DNA from: Smithellaceae bacterium
GTDB taxonomy: Bacteria; Desulfobacterota; Syntrophia; Syntrophales; Smithellaceae
Assembly: GCA_963667845.2 (NCBI GenBank)
Contig: CAXXVL010000002.1
Coordinates: 1,472,001 to 1,536,000, forward strand
Direction of reading: 5' to 3'
Length of the DNA stretch: 64,000 nt
Shown: positions 1-10,019 of the stretch, piece after piece
Layout: every line of letters begins with the position of its first letter
How positions within the stretch are numbered: position 1 is the stretch's first letter
Notes under the pieces: generated by a model
What the model was told of the DNA's origin: nothing
Seen by the model: the letters and a program-made list of their open reading frames with translations, nothing else
The model's database searches: none
Position numbers and translations under genes: made by a program

Positions 1-3000
1 CCTCTTCATCGTCTACGAGCAGAATGGTTTCGTGTCCGGGGGCGGGTTCTGTTTCCACAGACTCTTCGCTGGCAATTGTTTTTGAAGATGCCGGCAGATA
101 AATATTAAATGTCGTTCCCTGCCCTTTTTCGCTGTAAACCGTTATCATTCCCGCGTGGCCTTTAACGATGCCATAGGCGGAAGCCAGTCCCAGACCGGTG
201 CCCCGTCCCATTTCCTTGGTGGTGAAGAAGGGATCAAATATCCGCTGCCTCGTTTTCTCGTCCATGCCGATGCCGGTGTCGGTGATCGATATCTTCACAT
301 AGCGGCCGCGCTGCAAATCGTAAAACTTCACCAGCGGCTCTTCCATAAAGATGTTGTTTGTTTCGATATAAAGGGAACCGCCTCCGGGCATGGCCTGCCA
401 GGCGTTAACGAACAGGTTCAAGAGCACCTGTTCGATCTGCCCCCGGTCAATTTCCACCGACCATAATTTTTCCTCATATTTTTCAAAGATCCGGATTTCC
501 TTCCGGGTCCTGCCGAAAAGATTGATGGATCTACTGAGCAGATCGTTGAGATCGGTGGCCAGGACTTCATAACGCCCCGCACGCGCAAACCCCAGCAACT
601 GCCGGGTGAGGCCGGCGCCGCTCTGCACCAGCGTCTGCACCGCCTTGAGCTGCTCGAAATAGCGATGGGTCGGATCAATCTCCAGCATCATGAGCGACGT
701 ATAGCCCTGAATCCCCATCAGCAGATTGTTGAAGTCGTGCGCAATGCCGCCCGCCAGAGTGCCGACGGCTTCCATCTTTTGCGCCTGATGGAGCTGCTCC
801 ATCAGCTTTCTATGTTCCGTTTCCATTTTAAAACGGTCCGAAACGTCCCGGGTGACGCCTCGGAAGCCGACAGGCAGCCCGCTAGCGTCGCGTATCAGGG
901 ACACGGACATTTCCAGATGCCCGATGGTTCCGTCTTTGAGGACGATTTCACATTCCGGAATCCGGTGAGACTTGTCCTCCCGGTAAATGGTGTTGAAAAC
1001 CGCTCTGATTCTCCGGGCCATCTCGGGTGGCACATAGCGGTCAAATCCCGTGCCGATAAGTTCATCCCTTCGGAACTGTGTCCAGGAGACGGGTCTATTT
1101 AAGAAGGTGAAGAAGCCCTCGAGGTTTGTTTCGAAGTAATCATCATCAATGCTTTCGAAGATGGTGCGATAGCGCTCTTCGCTTTGCCGTAAGGCTTCTT
1201 CGGCCCGCCGCTGCTCCGTGATGTCCGTAACGAACGAGATGGTGGCGGGTTTTCCTTTGTAGATAATTTTGGCCGCTCTGACGTTCAGCATGACGTAGGA
1301 TGTGTCCGGCTTCATGATTCTGACGTCATAGCTCTCCGGTGCCTCGTTGCCCTGAATCCGGGCAACGAAATATCTTCTCAGCATTTCGGCGCCGTCGGGA
1401 TCCATGTAAATCCCGAGCGGCTGGTTGACGACTTCCGCCCCTTCCCGGCCGAGAGTTTTCAATAATCTCTGATTGGCGTAGACATATTTCCCGTCCTGAA
1501 CGATCGAGATGCCGTCGCTGGTTTTTTCGATGGCGGTCCGGTAGAGTTCCTCGCTCTCGCGGAGAGCTTCTTCGGTGCGTTTCTGTTCGGTAACATCGCT
1601 GACAAAGCTGATGATGGCCGCTTTTCCCTGGTAAACCGTTTCAGTGGCCGTTACGCCAAGCATCACAATGGTGCCGTCGGGTTTAAGCGCGCGAAGTTCA
1701 TAATACACTCTGTCTTTTCCACTCGCCCTGATGGCCTGGTACTTGTTTCTGCCTATGGCGGCATCTTCGGGATGCAGATAGATATCGACCGGCTGGCCGG
1801 CGATGTTTTCGGCGGGTCTGCCGATGGTATTCATCAGCCGCTGGTTGGCGTATAAATACGTGCCCGCCTGGACGTCGATGATGCTGATGCCGTCGCTGGT
1901 GGTTTCGAGCGCCGTCCGGTAAAGGGCTTCACTTTCGCGCAGCCGCTCCTCCTGTTGGCGCCGCAGCGTCATATCCAGGACCATGGAACGACTCATGACA
2001 AAATTGCCCTGCGGATCGGTCACGGCCGATGCCGTAACGAGAACGGGAAAAGTTGTTCCGTCTTTGCGTCTCAATTCGTATTCCGCGTTGCGGACCAGGC
2101 CCTGTTGCTTTAACGTGTCAAAAGCCTCATTGAAGCTGCCACGGCTGGCCTCCGACGAAACGAGAGTATAGGATTTGCCGACCAGTTCCTCCCGGGCATA
2201 GCCCAGCCAGGAGAGCTCCGTGTCGTTGATGCGGACGATATTGCCTGCCGCGTCCAGAGAGTGATAACCGCAGGGGGCATTATGGTAGAGGTCGCGGATT
2301 TCCTGGGCCGATTTGATCAGATCTTCTTCAATCTTTTGCCGCTTTTGCGCCTCAATGCTCGCGCCGCGCATTCGCGCCACGATATAAACGGTGCTTGCAA
2401 AAAAGATAATTAAGGCCACAGCGAGAATGATAATCTGATACCGTGTGGTGTGGGCAGCAGGAAGCGTGAGCCCTTCCGATGAAAGCACCGCCACCGACCA
2501 GAAGCCGTTGCCGGCGCGCACCGGCGCATAGACGGCATACATTTTCCGCGTCTTTCTGACGCCGTTTTCCATGTAGCGGTCGGTAACGACGGATTCTCCC
2601 TCCGTGCCTGCCGTCATTTTCCGGATCATCGCGGCGGATTGGGTCTTATCTTTCTGAAAATCCGACAGATAATGTCCCTGATGCTCGGGGGTGTTGCAAT
2701 GGATGATTTTGCCCAGCGGATTGACGAGCAGAGCATAGCGCTTACCCGGAATATATAAGTCATCCAGGTAACCTTTGGCCAGTTCATCAAAGGAAATCAA
2801 GAGCGCTATTGTGCCGTCGAAGGTTTTGGCGCGATAAACCGGAACATGGATCGCCACACTTTCAAAGCCCTGAACGGTTTTGAAGATATCGCTGACGACC
2901 ACCTTTTGTGAACGGAGTATTTCGCGAACATGCGCCTGCCCGGAAATATTCGTGCCGACCGCGCCGGCAACAACGGGGTACGTATAAATAATTTCTCCGC

Positions 3001-3307
3001 CGGCGCTGACGCGGGTCATTCCTTTAATGTACTGGCCGGCAATGTTCTTTCCCGTTTGGAAAAGTTCTTTGCCTTCCTTGTTCATGTCAATGATATGAGG
3101 GTTGTCGGCAAGAACCTGCAGCGTCGTGATGTGGTCGGCAAGAAAGGATTCGATGCCTTTTGCCGCCAGCCGGGCATAAATCATCTGGCGTTCGTTCATT
3201 TCCCGGATGGCGCTTTCTTCGACCTGGTTGAAAATGGAAACAATGAGGGTGATGCAGACGAGAGTGCCCAGGATCAGGTAGATAATTTGCTTTCTGTAGG
3301 ACACCAT
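1..3307 (-). CDS. Membrane-bound hybrid sensor histidine kinase (TM-Cache-TM, 4 PAS, HisKA, HATPase, receiver); 3' end runs off the window
   Basis: Absent from the ORF track because it has no stop in the window. Spot-translated manually from ATG 3307 (GAGG upstream): MVSYRKQIIYLILGTLVCITLI, H-box GTLAGGIAHDFNNLL, DPFFTTKEMGRGTGLGLA, receiver start ETILLVDDEE at the window edge; the two ends are in the same frame. Confidence 0.9.
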   Translation of the reverse strand, partial: MVSYRKQIIYLILGTLVCITLIVSIFNQVEESAIREMNERQMIYARLAAKGIESFLADHITTLQVLADNPHIIDMNKEGKELFQTGKNIAGQYIKGMTRVSAGGEIIYTYPVVAGAVGTNISGQAHVREILRSQKVVVSDIFKTVQGFESVAIHVPVYRAKTFDGTIALLISFDELAKGYLDDLYIPGKRYALLVNPLGKIIHCNTPEHQGHYLSDFQKDKTQSAAMIRKMTAGTEGESVVTDRYMENGVRKTRKMYAVYAPVRAGNGFWSVAVLSSEGLTLPAAHTTRYQIIILAVALIIFFASTVYIVARMRGASIEAQKRQKIEEDLIKSAQEIRDLYHNAPCGYHSLDAAGNIVRINDTELSWLGYAREELVGKSYTLVSSEASRGSFNEAFDTLKQQGLVRNAEYELRRKDGTTFPVLVTASAVTDPQGNFVMSRSMVLDMTLRRQQEERLRESEALYRTALETTSDGISIIDVQAGTYLYANQRLMNTIGRPAENIAGQPVDIYLHPEDAAIGRNKYQAIRASGKDRVYYELRALKPDGTIVMLGVTATETVYQGKAAIISFVSDVTEQKRTEEALRESEELYRTAIEKTSDGISIVQDGKYVYANQRLLKTLGREGAEVVNQPLGIYMDPDGAEMLRRYFVARIQGNEAPESYDVRIMKPDTSYVMLNVRAAKIIYKGKPATISFVTDITEQRRAEEALRQSEERYRTIFESIDDDYFETNLEGFFTFLNRPVSWTQFRRDELIGTGFDRYVPPEMARRIRAVFNTIYREDKSHRIPECEIVLKDGTIGHLEMSVSLIRDASGLPVGFRGVTRDVSDRFKMETEHRKLMEQLHQAQKMEAVGTLAGGIAHDFNNLLMGIQGYTSLMMLEIDPTHRYFEQLKAVQTLVQSGAGLTRQLLGFARAGRYEVLATDLNDLLSRSINLFGRTRKEIRIFEKYEEKLWSVEIDRGQIEQVLLNLFVNAWQAMPGGGSLYIETNNIFMEEPLVKFYDLQRGRYVKISITDTGIGMDEKTRQRIFDPFFTTKEMGRGTGLGLASAYGIVKGHAGMITVYSEKGQGTTFNIYLPASSKTIASEESVETEPAPGHETILLVDDEE

Positions 3308-3367
3308 GGCAACCTCACTGCCGGTTTCATCTGCAACAGTTAGCGGTTCTGTACGAAATTTCGCTAA

Positions 3368-3396
3368 AGTATAAGAAGGTCATCCAGTCAAGTCAA
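3368..3396 (-). promoter_or_regulatory. Candidate sigma70 promoter of the hybrid kinase
   Basis: TTGACT-17 nt-TATACT on the minus strand. Confidence 0.5.
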
Positions 3397-3485
3397 CTAT
3401 TTATTACGCTCCATCCCGGATGTCCTTTTTATTCCCGACAAACGTTGCTGGATTATAATCGGCGGGCAAATTCATTAATATTTAT

Positions 3486-3514
3486 TTGACTTTTTGCATT
3501 CCCCATTTTAAGTT
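3486..3514 (+). promoter_or_regulatory. Candidate sigma70 promoter of the KS operon
   Basis: TTGACT-17 nt-TAAGTT upstream of 3556. Confidence 0.45.
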
Positions 3515-3555
3515 TCGGTCCGTTACGGGGAAGACTTAAAGGAAACAATTGAAAA

Positions 3556-4812
3556 TTGAGCATGAATAAAACAAAACGGATTGTTATCACTGGGTTAGGA
3601 ACTAAAAACGCGATTGGAAACGACGTCGTTCAATTTGCGGCTGCGCTGAGACAGGGCATCTGCGGGATTTCCGATATCGATCTGTTCGATACGGCCCAAT
3701 TCCGCACCCACAAGGGCGGCCAGATTAAGCATTTCGATCCCCGCCGGTATATTCCGGAAGTATTTAATTTGAAAAGGATGTCGCGGGCCGACCAGCTTTC
3801 ATTTGCTGCGACGATCGAAGCGCTCACCGATGCCGGTCTTTACCCGCTGCCGGAATCCATGAAAGAAGACACGGGTGTGGCCATCGGCGGCGGGTCCGGC
3901 GGACTCTTCGAGGCGGAAAGTTTCTATGCGGAACTTCTCAAAAAAGGCGCGAAGCGGGCGAGATTTTCGCATCTCTCCACTATCTATTGCGCCTCGTCCG
4001 CAGACCGGATCGCGTCCAATCTGGGACTTCTGGGCCCCAAGGCCACCTTTATGACGGCATGCTCCGCGGGGGCGACGGCGCTGGGGTATGCCAGGGACCT
4101 GATTATAAACGGCCAGGCCGACATTATGCTTGCCGGCGGTGTGGAGCCGATGTGCCGGCTCACCTATGCCGCCTTTAACGCCCTGAAATCCGTGGATGAA
4201 GATGTTTGCCATCCTTTTGCCCGGAATCGTGCCGGGCTTTCACTGGGAGAGGCGGCGGCCATTCTGGTTCTGGAACCGCTGGAGGCGGCTCTCGCCCGCG
4301 GGGCAAAAATTTACGGAGAATTTCTGGGGTACGGCGTGACCTGTGATTCCTTCCATATGACGGCGCCGGATGAAAAGGCTTCGGGGGCCATTCGTTCGAT
4401 GCAGGCGGCTTTGAAAGACAGCGGGCTTTCGATTTCCGACGTCGATTACATCAATGCCCATGGAACCGCGACGCCCGTCAATGATATTACGGAAACAAGA
4501 GCCATCAAAGAAGTATTCGGTAAGCGGGCTTATGAAATTCCCGTGAGCTCGACGAAATCCATGCATGCCCATACCCTGGGCGCTGCCGGGGCTTTGGAGG
4601 GAATCGTCAGTCTGCTGGCGCTGATCGGGGGATTTATCCCGCCGACCATTCATTCGCTTGCGCGTGATCCCGAATGCGATCTGGATTATGTCACTGAAGG
4701 CTTGCGCACCGCCGATCTGCATGTGGTCCTGTCCAATTCGTTTGCGTTCGGCGGCAACAATACGACCGTCATTTTCGGCAAATATGAAGGGCAGGGAGCG
4801 ATCCATGGATAA
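3556..4812 (+). CDS. Beta-ketoacyl-ACP synthase (FabF-like, active KS); start may be ATG 3562
   Basis: Cys-His-His triad: TACSAG, NAHGTAT, HTLGAAG; C-terminal SNSFAFGGNN. Confidence 0.92.
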   Translation: MSMNKTKRIVITGLGTKNAIGNDVVQFAAALRQGICGISDIDLFDTAQFRTHKGGQIKHFDPRRYIPEVFNLKRMSRADQLSFAATIEALTDAGLYPLPESMKEDTGVAIGGGSGGLFEAESFYAELLKKGAKRARFSHLSTIYCASSADRIASNLGLLGPKATFMTACSAGATALGYARDLIINGQADIMLAGGVEPMCRLTYAAFNALKSVDEDVCHPFARNRAGLSLGEAAAILVLEPLEAALARGAKIYGEFLGYGVTCDSFHMTAPDEKASGAIRSMQAALKDSGLSISDVDYINAHGTATPVNDITETRAIKEVFGKRAYEIPVSSTKSMHAHTLGAAGALEGIVSLLALIGGFIPPTIHSLARDPECDLDYVTEGLRTADLHVVLSNSFAFGGNNTTVIFGKYEGQGAIHG

Positions 4813-6070
4813 ATTTTGCGCATTGCCGGATCAGGAGCGCGTCGTGGTGACGGGCCTGGGGCTTGTCACGCCGCTGGGCGTAGGAAAAGAGGAATTTTCC
4901 CGAAGGTTGTTTGACGGCGATTGTGCAATTGACCCTGTGCAGGCGTTCGATACCCGAGCCTTCTCATCGCATCTGGGCGCGGAAGTGCGCGATTTCGCGC
5001 CCCGCGATTTCATCTCGGTAAAGAACCTGCGGCGGATGGACAGAACGTCGCTGATGACGGCGGCGTCGGCGCGCATGGCGCTCGATGATGCGGGTATTGC
5101 CGTGACGCAGGATAACCGGGACCGCGTCGGAATTCTTCTCGGAACGGCCTTCGGGGCAACGGATATCACGCTCTTGTTTGCCGGAACGCTGATCGGCGAG
5201 GGCCCTGGGGCGGTCAATCCGATTCTGGTGCCCAACACCGTGATGAATGCGCCTGCGGGGCATGCGTCCATTGAACTCGGATTCCGCGGCGTCAATACCA
5301 CGGTCACCCATTTCGCAGTCTCCGCGGAAACCGCCATCGCCTATGCAGTCTCGGAAATCCGCCGCGGTGTGGCTGATGTGATGCTGGCCGGAGGCGTCGA
5401 TATTTTATCCAAATTCTATTACGAGTCCCTGACCCGGTTTCACGGCCTGTCGCCGGACGACGGCGGCCCCGAAGGCGCCCGTCCTTTTGACGAGAATCGT
5501 AACGGCTACATTGCAGGGGAGGGCTGCGGTATCGTGTGCCTGGAGTCTCTGGCCGGCGCGCGCGCGCGGGGTGCAAGAATTTATTGTGAAATAACCGGCG
5601 CGGGTCTCGGATCGTCTCCGTCGTCACCCACCGCCTGGCCGCGGGAGACCCAAGGCATTAAACGAACTTTGCGGCGGGCTCTGCGAAATGCGGATGTCCG
5701 GCCCGAGGATATCACGGCCATCATGGCCGCGGCAAACGGCGGTCGGCTGCTGGATCAGACGGAAGCCGGGGCTTACGATGAATTTTTTGCCTCCTGCGGA
5801 CCGAAGCCGCAAATTACCTCCATCAAAGGCGCGATCGGCGAGAGTTTTTCTGGCGGCGGGATTCGGGCTTGCGCTCTGGCCTTATCTATGGAAAAAGGAT
5901 GGCTGCCTCCGGCGGTCGGGCTCACAAAACCGCTTGGCCCGATGAATATAGTTATGGGCGAGAAGAAAGTAATGAACGGGGATCACACGGTTCTGGCCGG
6001 CATTTCGTTCGGCGGAACTTATGCGTATCTGATTTTCAGCGGTGTAAAGGTTAAAGGGGAACAATCTTGA
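4805..6070 (+). CDS. Catalytically degenerate ketosynthase (chain-length-factor-like)
   Basis: KS fold (RVVVTGLG, PNTVMNAPAG, RPFD, GEG) but Cys replaced (HFAVSAE) and both His lost (AAANGG, ESFSGG); ATG 4805 overlaps the KS end. Confidence 0.85.
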   Translation: MDKFCALPDQERVVVTGLGLVTPLGVGKEEFSRRLFDGDCAIDPVQAFDTRAFSSHLGAEVRDFAPRDFISVKNLRRMDRTSLMTAASARMALDDAGIAVTQDNRDRVGILLGTAFGATDITLLFAGTLIGEGPGAVNPILVPNTVMNAPAGHASIELGFRGVNTTVTHFAVSAETAIAYAVSEIRRGVADVMLAGGVDILSKFYYESLTRFHGLSPDDGGPEGARPFDENRNGYIAGEGCGIVCLESLAGARARGARIYCEITGAGLGSSPSSPTAWPRETQGIKRTLRRALRNADVRPEDITAIMAAANGGRLLDQTEAGAYDEFFASCGPKPQITSIKGAIGESFSGGGIRACALALSMEKGWLPPAVGLTKPLGPMNIVMGEKKVMNGDHTVLAGISFGGTYAYLIFSGVKVKGEQS

Positions 6071-7590
6071 ATATCGGGGAATGGATCACGAAGCGGGCGA
6101 TCATCGCGCCCGATAAACCGTTTTTGACGGAAAAAAACAAAACTTACACAAACCGGCAATTTAACCGGCGGGTGAACAGGACAGCTCATGCGCTGGCTCA
6201 CCTCGGGCTTGTCAAAGGCATGCGTCTTGCCGTTTTGATGTCGAATTCCAGCGAGTTTCTGGAAATATTCTTCGCCTGTGCCAAGACGGGCATCATCCTG
6301 GTGCCGCTCAACTTCCGCCTGGCCGTACCCGAGCTTTTATATATTATTCGCGACAGTGCTCCGGAACTTCTCATCTATTCGTCCGAATTTGCAGTAAAGA
6401 TCAGCGAAATCAAGGCGGCGAATGCCGATGTTCAGCGTTTTTACCGGCTCGGGGAAATCGAAGGCGATGGGGATCCGGATTTTTCGGCTTACGCCGATCG
6501 TTTTGAGACCCTTGAGCCGATTGAGATTCTGGGCGTCGATTTACCCGATCCCCTGTTTATTATGTATACGTCGGGCACGACCGGTGATCCGAAAGGTGCG
6601 GTTCTGACCCATCAGAATATTCTGTTCGGCGCGATTCATTCCCTTCTGGGCTACGGCGTGGACCGTTCATACAAGTCGCTGGTTGTCGCTCCCCTGTTCC
6701 ATATCGGTGCGCTTGCGGCATCCGTGACGCCGATCGTTTACGCGGGCGGCAGCCTGATGATCAGCAGCTTTTACAATGCATCCGAAACGCTCAAGACGAT
6801 CTGCCGGGAGAAAATCAATTATATGTTTGCCGTACCCGTGATGTATCAAATGATTGCGGATGCACCGGAGTGGCGCGATGCCGATTTGTCGCACGTTCAC
6901 TTTTTCATTTCCGGCGGTGCACCGATTCCCCTGCCGGTGATCAGGAAATACCAGGAAGAAAAGGGCGTGGGTTTTGTGCAGGGCTATGCGCTCACGGAGA
7001 CGGGAAGGCTCACCTCGCTCGATCTGGAGGATTCAATCCGCAAAGCGGGCTCGGTCGGCAAGGAAGTGTTCCACGTAAACCTGCGCATCGTTGATGATCA
7101 CGGCCGCGATATCCACACGACGGATCCGGGAGAAATTCTTGTTCAGGGACCCAACGTATTTGCCGGCTATTGGAATAAAGAAGCGGCGACCCGGGCCGTC
7201 TTCAAGGACGGCTGGTTTTGCACAGGCGACATGGGACGCCGCGACGAAGACGGCTTTGTTCATATTGTGGGACGAAAAGTGGAAATGATCATTTCCTCCG
7301 GAGAAAATATTTATCCGGCGGAAGTGGAACGGGCGCTCCAGTCCGTGCCCGGAGTCAAGGAAGCGGCCGTTGTCGGAATGCCCGACCCCAAACGGGGCGA
7401 GGTCGTCGGCGCCTTTGTAATCCTGAAAGAGGGCAGCATCGTTTCGGAGGCCGATATCCTGAATACGCTTGCGGGCAAAATCGCCCACTACAAGATTCCG
7501 AAGAGCATTTTCTTTGTCGAGGAATTTCCGCGCAATCAAAGCGGCAAGGTTTTGAAGCGCATTTTAAAAAAACGGATGGAAGATCAATAA
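6067..7590 (+). CDS. AMP-dependent acyl-CoA ligase
   Basis: YTSGTTGDPKG, GYALTE, TGD, SGENIYPAEVE, PRNQSGK. Confidence 0.92.
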   Translation: MNIGEWITKRAIIAPDKPFLTEKNKTYTNRQFNRRVNRTAHALAHLGLVKGMRLAVLMSNSSEFLEIFFACAKTGIILVPLNFRLAVPELLYIIRDSAPELLIYSSEFAVKISEIKAANADVQRFYRLGEIEGDGDPDFSAYADRFETLEPIEILGVDLPDPLFIMYTSGTTGDPKGAVLTHQNILFGAIHSLLGYGVDRSYKSLVVAPLFHIGALAASVTPIVYAGGSLMISSFYNASETLKTICREKINYMFAVPVMYQMIADAPEWRDADLSHVHFFISGGAPIPLPVIRKYQEEKGVGFVQGYALTETGRLTSLDLEDSIRKAGSVGKEVFHVNLRIVDDHGRDIHTTDPGEILVQGPNVFAGYWNKEAATRAVFKDGWFCTGDMGRRDEDGFVHIVGRKVEMIISSGENIYPAEVERALQSVPGVKEAAVVGMPDPKRGEVVGAFVILKEGSIVSEADILNTLAGKIAHYKIPKSIFFVEEFPRNQSGKVLKRILKKRMEDQ

Positions 7591-8733
7591 ATGGATATCA
7601 TTCCCTACACCGGCGAACACCGCATTTTCCGGGAGTCCTTCCGGCGGTTCCTGGAAAAAGAAATCATTCCTCATGTGAATCAGTGGGAGGAAGACGGCAT
7701 CGTGCCGCGCTGGGCCTGGAAAAAGCTGGGCGATCAGGGTTTCTTGTCCACATCGGTGCCGCCCGAATACGGCGGGCAGGGAGCCGATTTTCTGTATTCG
7801 GCGATCCTGATTGAAGAGATGGCCAGGGCAAATTTTTACGGCCTCACCGCGCGCCTGCACGGCGATGTCGCTGCGCCTTACCTCGTGCAGCTGGCCACCG
7901 AAGAGCAAAAGAGAAAATATCTGCCCCGGTGCGTGAGCGGTGATATCATCATGGCGATCGCCATGAGTGAACCGGCGGCGGGCAGCGACCTGGCGGGTCT
8001 CAAAACCACGGCTGTGGAAGACGGGGATTCGTTCGTCCTCAACGGGCAGAAAACGTTCATCTCCAACGGCATCAACTGCGACCTGGTGATCGTGGCCGCC
8101 AAGGATCCCGCAGAGACGAATCCGCACACCGCCGTGGATCTGTTTCTGGTAGAGGCGGGGACGCGGGGCTTTGAAAAAGGAAAACGGCTCGACAAAATCG
8201 GCTGGCGCTCTCAGGACACGGCGGAGCTCTTTTTTGCCGACTGCCGGATCCCGAAAGAGAACCGCCTGGGGAAGAAAGGTTCGGGCTTCAGGAATCTGAT
8301 GACCAATCTCCAGCAGGAGCGCCTGATCTGCACGATCGGCGCGCAGACGGCGGCGGAATTCATGCTCGAGGAAACGATTCGCTATTGCAAAGAGCGCGAG
8401 GTCTTCGGAAAAAAGCTGAACCAGTTTCAAAATACGCAGTTTACGCTGGCGGAAATGGCAACGGAAGTCAAGATCGGCCGGACGTTTATGGATAAAATGA
8501 TCGTGGAACACTGGCAGAAAAACGCGGTAACCACGGAAGTCTCCATGGCAAAATTATGGATAACGGAAATGGCCTGGAGAGTTGCCGACCGCTGCCTGCA
8601 GCTTTTCGGCGGCTATGGCTACTGCGAGGAGTATCCCATTGCCCGGGCCTGGCGGGACATCCGGGTCACGCGGATCCTGGCCGGTTCCAATGAAATCATG
8701 AAGCAGATTATCGCCAGGGCGATCACGAAATAA
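7591..8733 (+). CDS. Acyl-CoA dehydrogenase
   Basis: AMSEPAAGSDL, LNGQKTFISNG, QERL, QLFGGYGY, RDIRVTRILAGSNEI. Confidence 0.93.
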   Translation: MDIIPYTGEHRIFRESFRRFLEKEIIPHVNQWEEDGIVPRWAWKKLGDQGFLSTSVPPEYGGQGADFLYSAILIEEMARANFYGLTARLHGDVAAPYLVQLATEEQKRKYLPRCVSGDIIMAIAMSEPAAGSDLAGLKTTAVEDGDSFVLNGQKTFISNGINCDLVIVAAKDPAETNPHTAVDLFLVEAGTRGFEKGKRLDKIGWRSQDTAELFFADCRIPKENRLGKKGSGFRNLMTNLQQERLICTIGAQTAAEFMLEETIRYCKEREVFGKKLNQFQNTQFTLAEMATEVKIGRTFMDKMIVEHWQKNAVTTEVSMAKLWITEMAWRVADRCLQLFGGYGYCEEYPIARAWRDIRVTRILAGSNEIMKQIIARAITK

Positions 8734-8756
8734 TACCGAAACCAAAAAGAGGACGT

Positions 8757-9986
8757 ATGAAACTTTTGCTGATTTATCCGAAATGGGAAAAACTGGATCG
8801 TCAGACGCGTTTTACCCTGCCGCCCCACGGGCCGGTCGTCATGGCCGCAGCGCTGCCGGCGGATGTGGAGGTGCAGTTCATTGATGAGAATGTCGAGCCC
8901 ATTGACTTTGATGCCGCCGTCGATCTTGTCGGCGTCTCGATGATGCTGACCGCGCAGGCCAAACGGGGCTGGGAAATCTCCGACGCGTTTCGCGCCCGTG
9001 GTGTCAAGGTGATCATGGGCGGCATATCGACCATGCTGCACGCCGAGGAATCCCAACTGCATGCGGATGCGGTTTTCCTGGGTGAAGCCGAGGGGCGCAT
9101 GGAGCAGGTTTTTGCCGATTTCAAGGCCGGCACGCTGCAAAAGGTCTATGACTACATGGAAGATCAGCCGCCGATTGAAAGCGTGGGCACGGCAAGGCGC
9201 AGCATCCTGAACCGGGACATGTATAATTACCGCGGCGTCCAGATGGTCGATCTGGTGCACGCCTCGCGCGGATGCCGCTTCAATTGTTATCCGTGCGCCG
9301 TCAGATTTCTGGGAGGCCGCAAATTCCGTCCCCGTCCCTACGATAAGGTGGTCGAAGAAATGGCGTCCATCGACAACAACCGCCTGTTCATCGTGGACAA
9401 CTCGCTGGCGCAGGACAAGGACTGGGAGATCGGGCTGTTCAAGGAGATGATCCCGCTCAAAAAGAAATGGTGCAGCCATCCCATTGAAGAAGACGACCAG
9501 GTGCTGGATCTGGCGGCGCAGGCCGGCGCGTGGTTCATCTATCAGGCGATATTTGATTCTTCGGATCACATCCGCGACCGCATCAAACGCTATCACGATT
9601 ACGGCATCGGCGTGGAGGGCAGCATCCTGCTGGGTCTGGATTATCATACCGAGGACTATATCAAGCGTCTGGTGGACTTCCTCCTCGAGATCGAACTGGA
9701 TATGGCGGAATTCACGGTGCTCACGCCTTTTCCCCATACGCGGACCTACGACGACATGCAAAACGCCAACCGCATCATCTCCCGTGACTGGAACGATTAC
9801 ACCTGCGGCAAGGTGGTTATTCAGCCCAAGCTGATGTCGCCCGAAAAGCTTCAGGAGATGTATTATTACTGCTGGGACAAATTCTACGAGGACGAGCCCG
9901 CGAACTACAAGATGTTCAAGTTGCTCAAGCGCGTGATGGATAAGGAAAAAGCGGACGGAACGTTCAAGGCCCGCAGACGCGGATAG
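8757..9986 (+). CDS. Cobalamin-binding-domain radical SAM protein
   Basis: N-terminal B12-binding-like region (LLLIYP, VIMGG, GEAE) and CRFNCYPC motif. Confidence 0.88.
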   Translation: MKLLLIYPKWEKLDRQTRFTLPPHGPVVMAAALPADVEVQFIDENVEPIDFDAAVDLVGVSMMLTAQAKRGWEISDAFRARGVKVIMGGISTMLHAEESQLHADAVFLGEAEGRMEQVFADFKAGTLQKVYDYMEDQPPIESVGTARRSILNRDMYNYRGVQMVDLVHASRGCRFNCYPCAVRFLGGRKFRPRPYDKVVEEMASIDNNRLFIVDNSLAQDKDWEIGLFKEMIPLKKKWCSHPIEEDDQVLDLAAQAGAWFIYQAIFDSSDHIRDRIKRYHDYGIGVEGSILLGLDYHTEDYIKRLVDFLLEIELDMAEFTVLTPFPHTRTYDDMQNANRIISRDWNDYTCGKVVIQPKLMSPEKLQEMYYYCWDKFYEDEPANYKMFKLLKRVMDKEKADGTFKARRRG

Positions 9987-10019
9987 AACGTCGCACCGCG
10001 AAAGGAGCTCAAAGGACCG

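Noticed and set aside
155..3343. Plus-strand ORFs in 155-3343
   Set aside because: Antisense shadows of the minus-strand kinase
7564..9761. Long minus-strand ORFs (315 and 380 aa), and similar ones at 17751, 19414, 29834, 52274 and 61485
   Set aside because: Antisense to well-supported genes and without recognisable motifs
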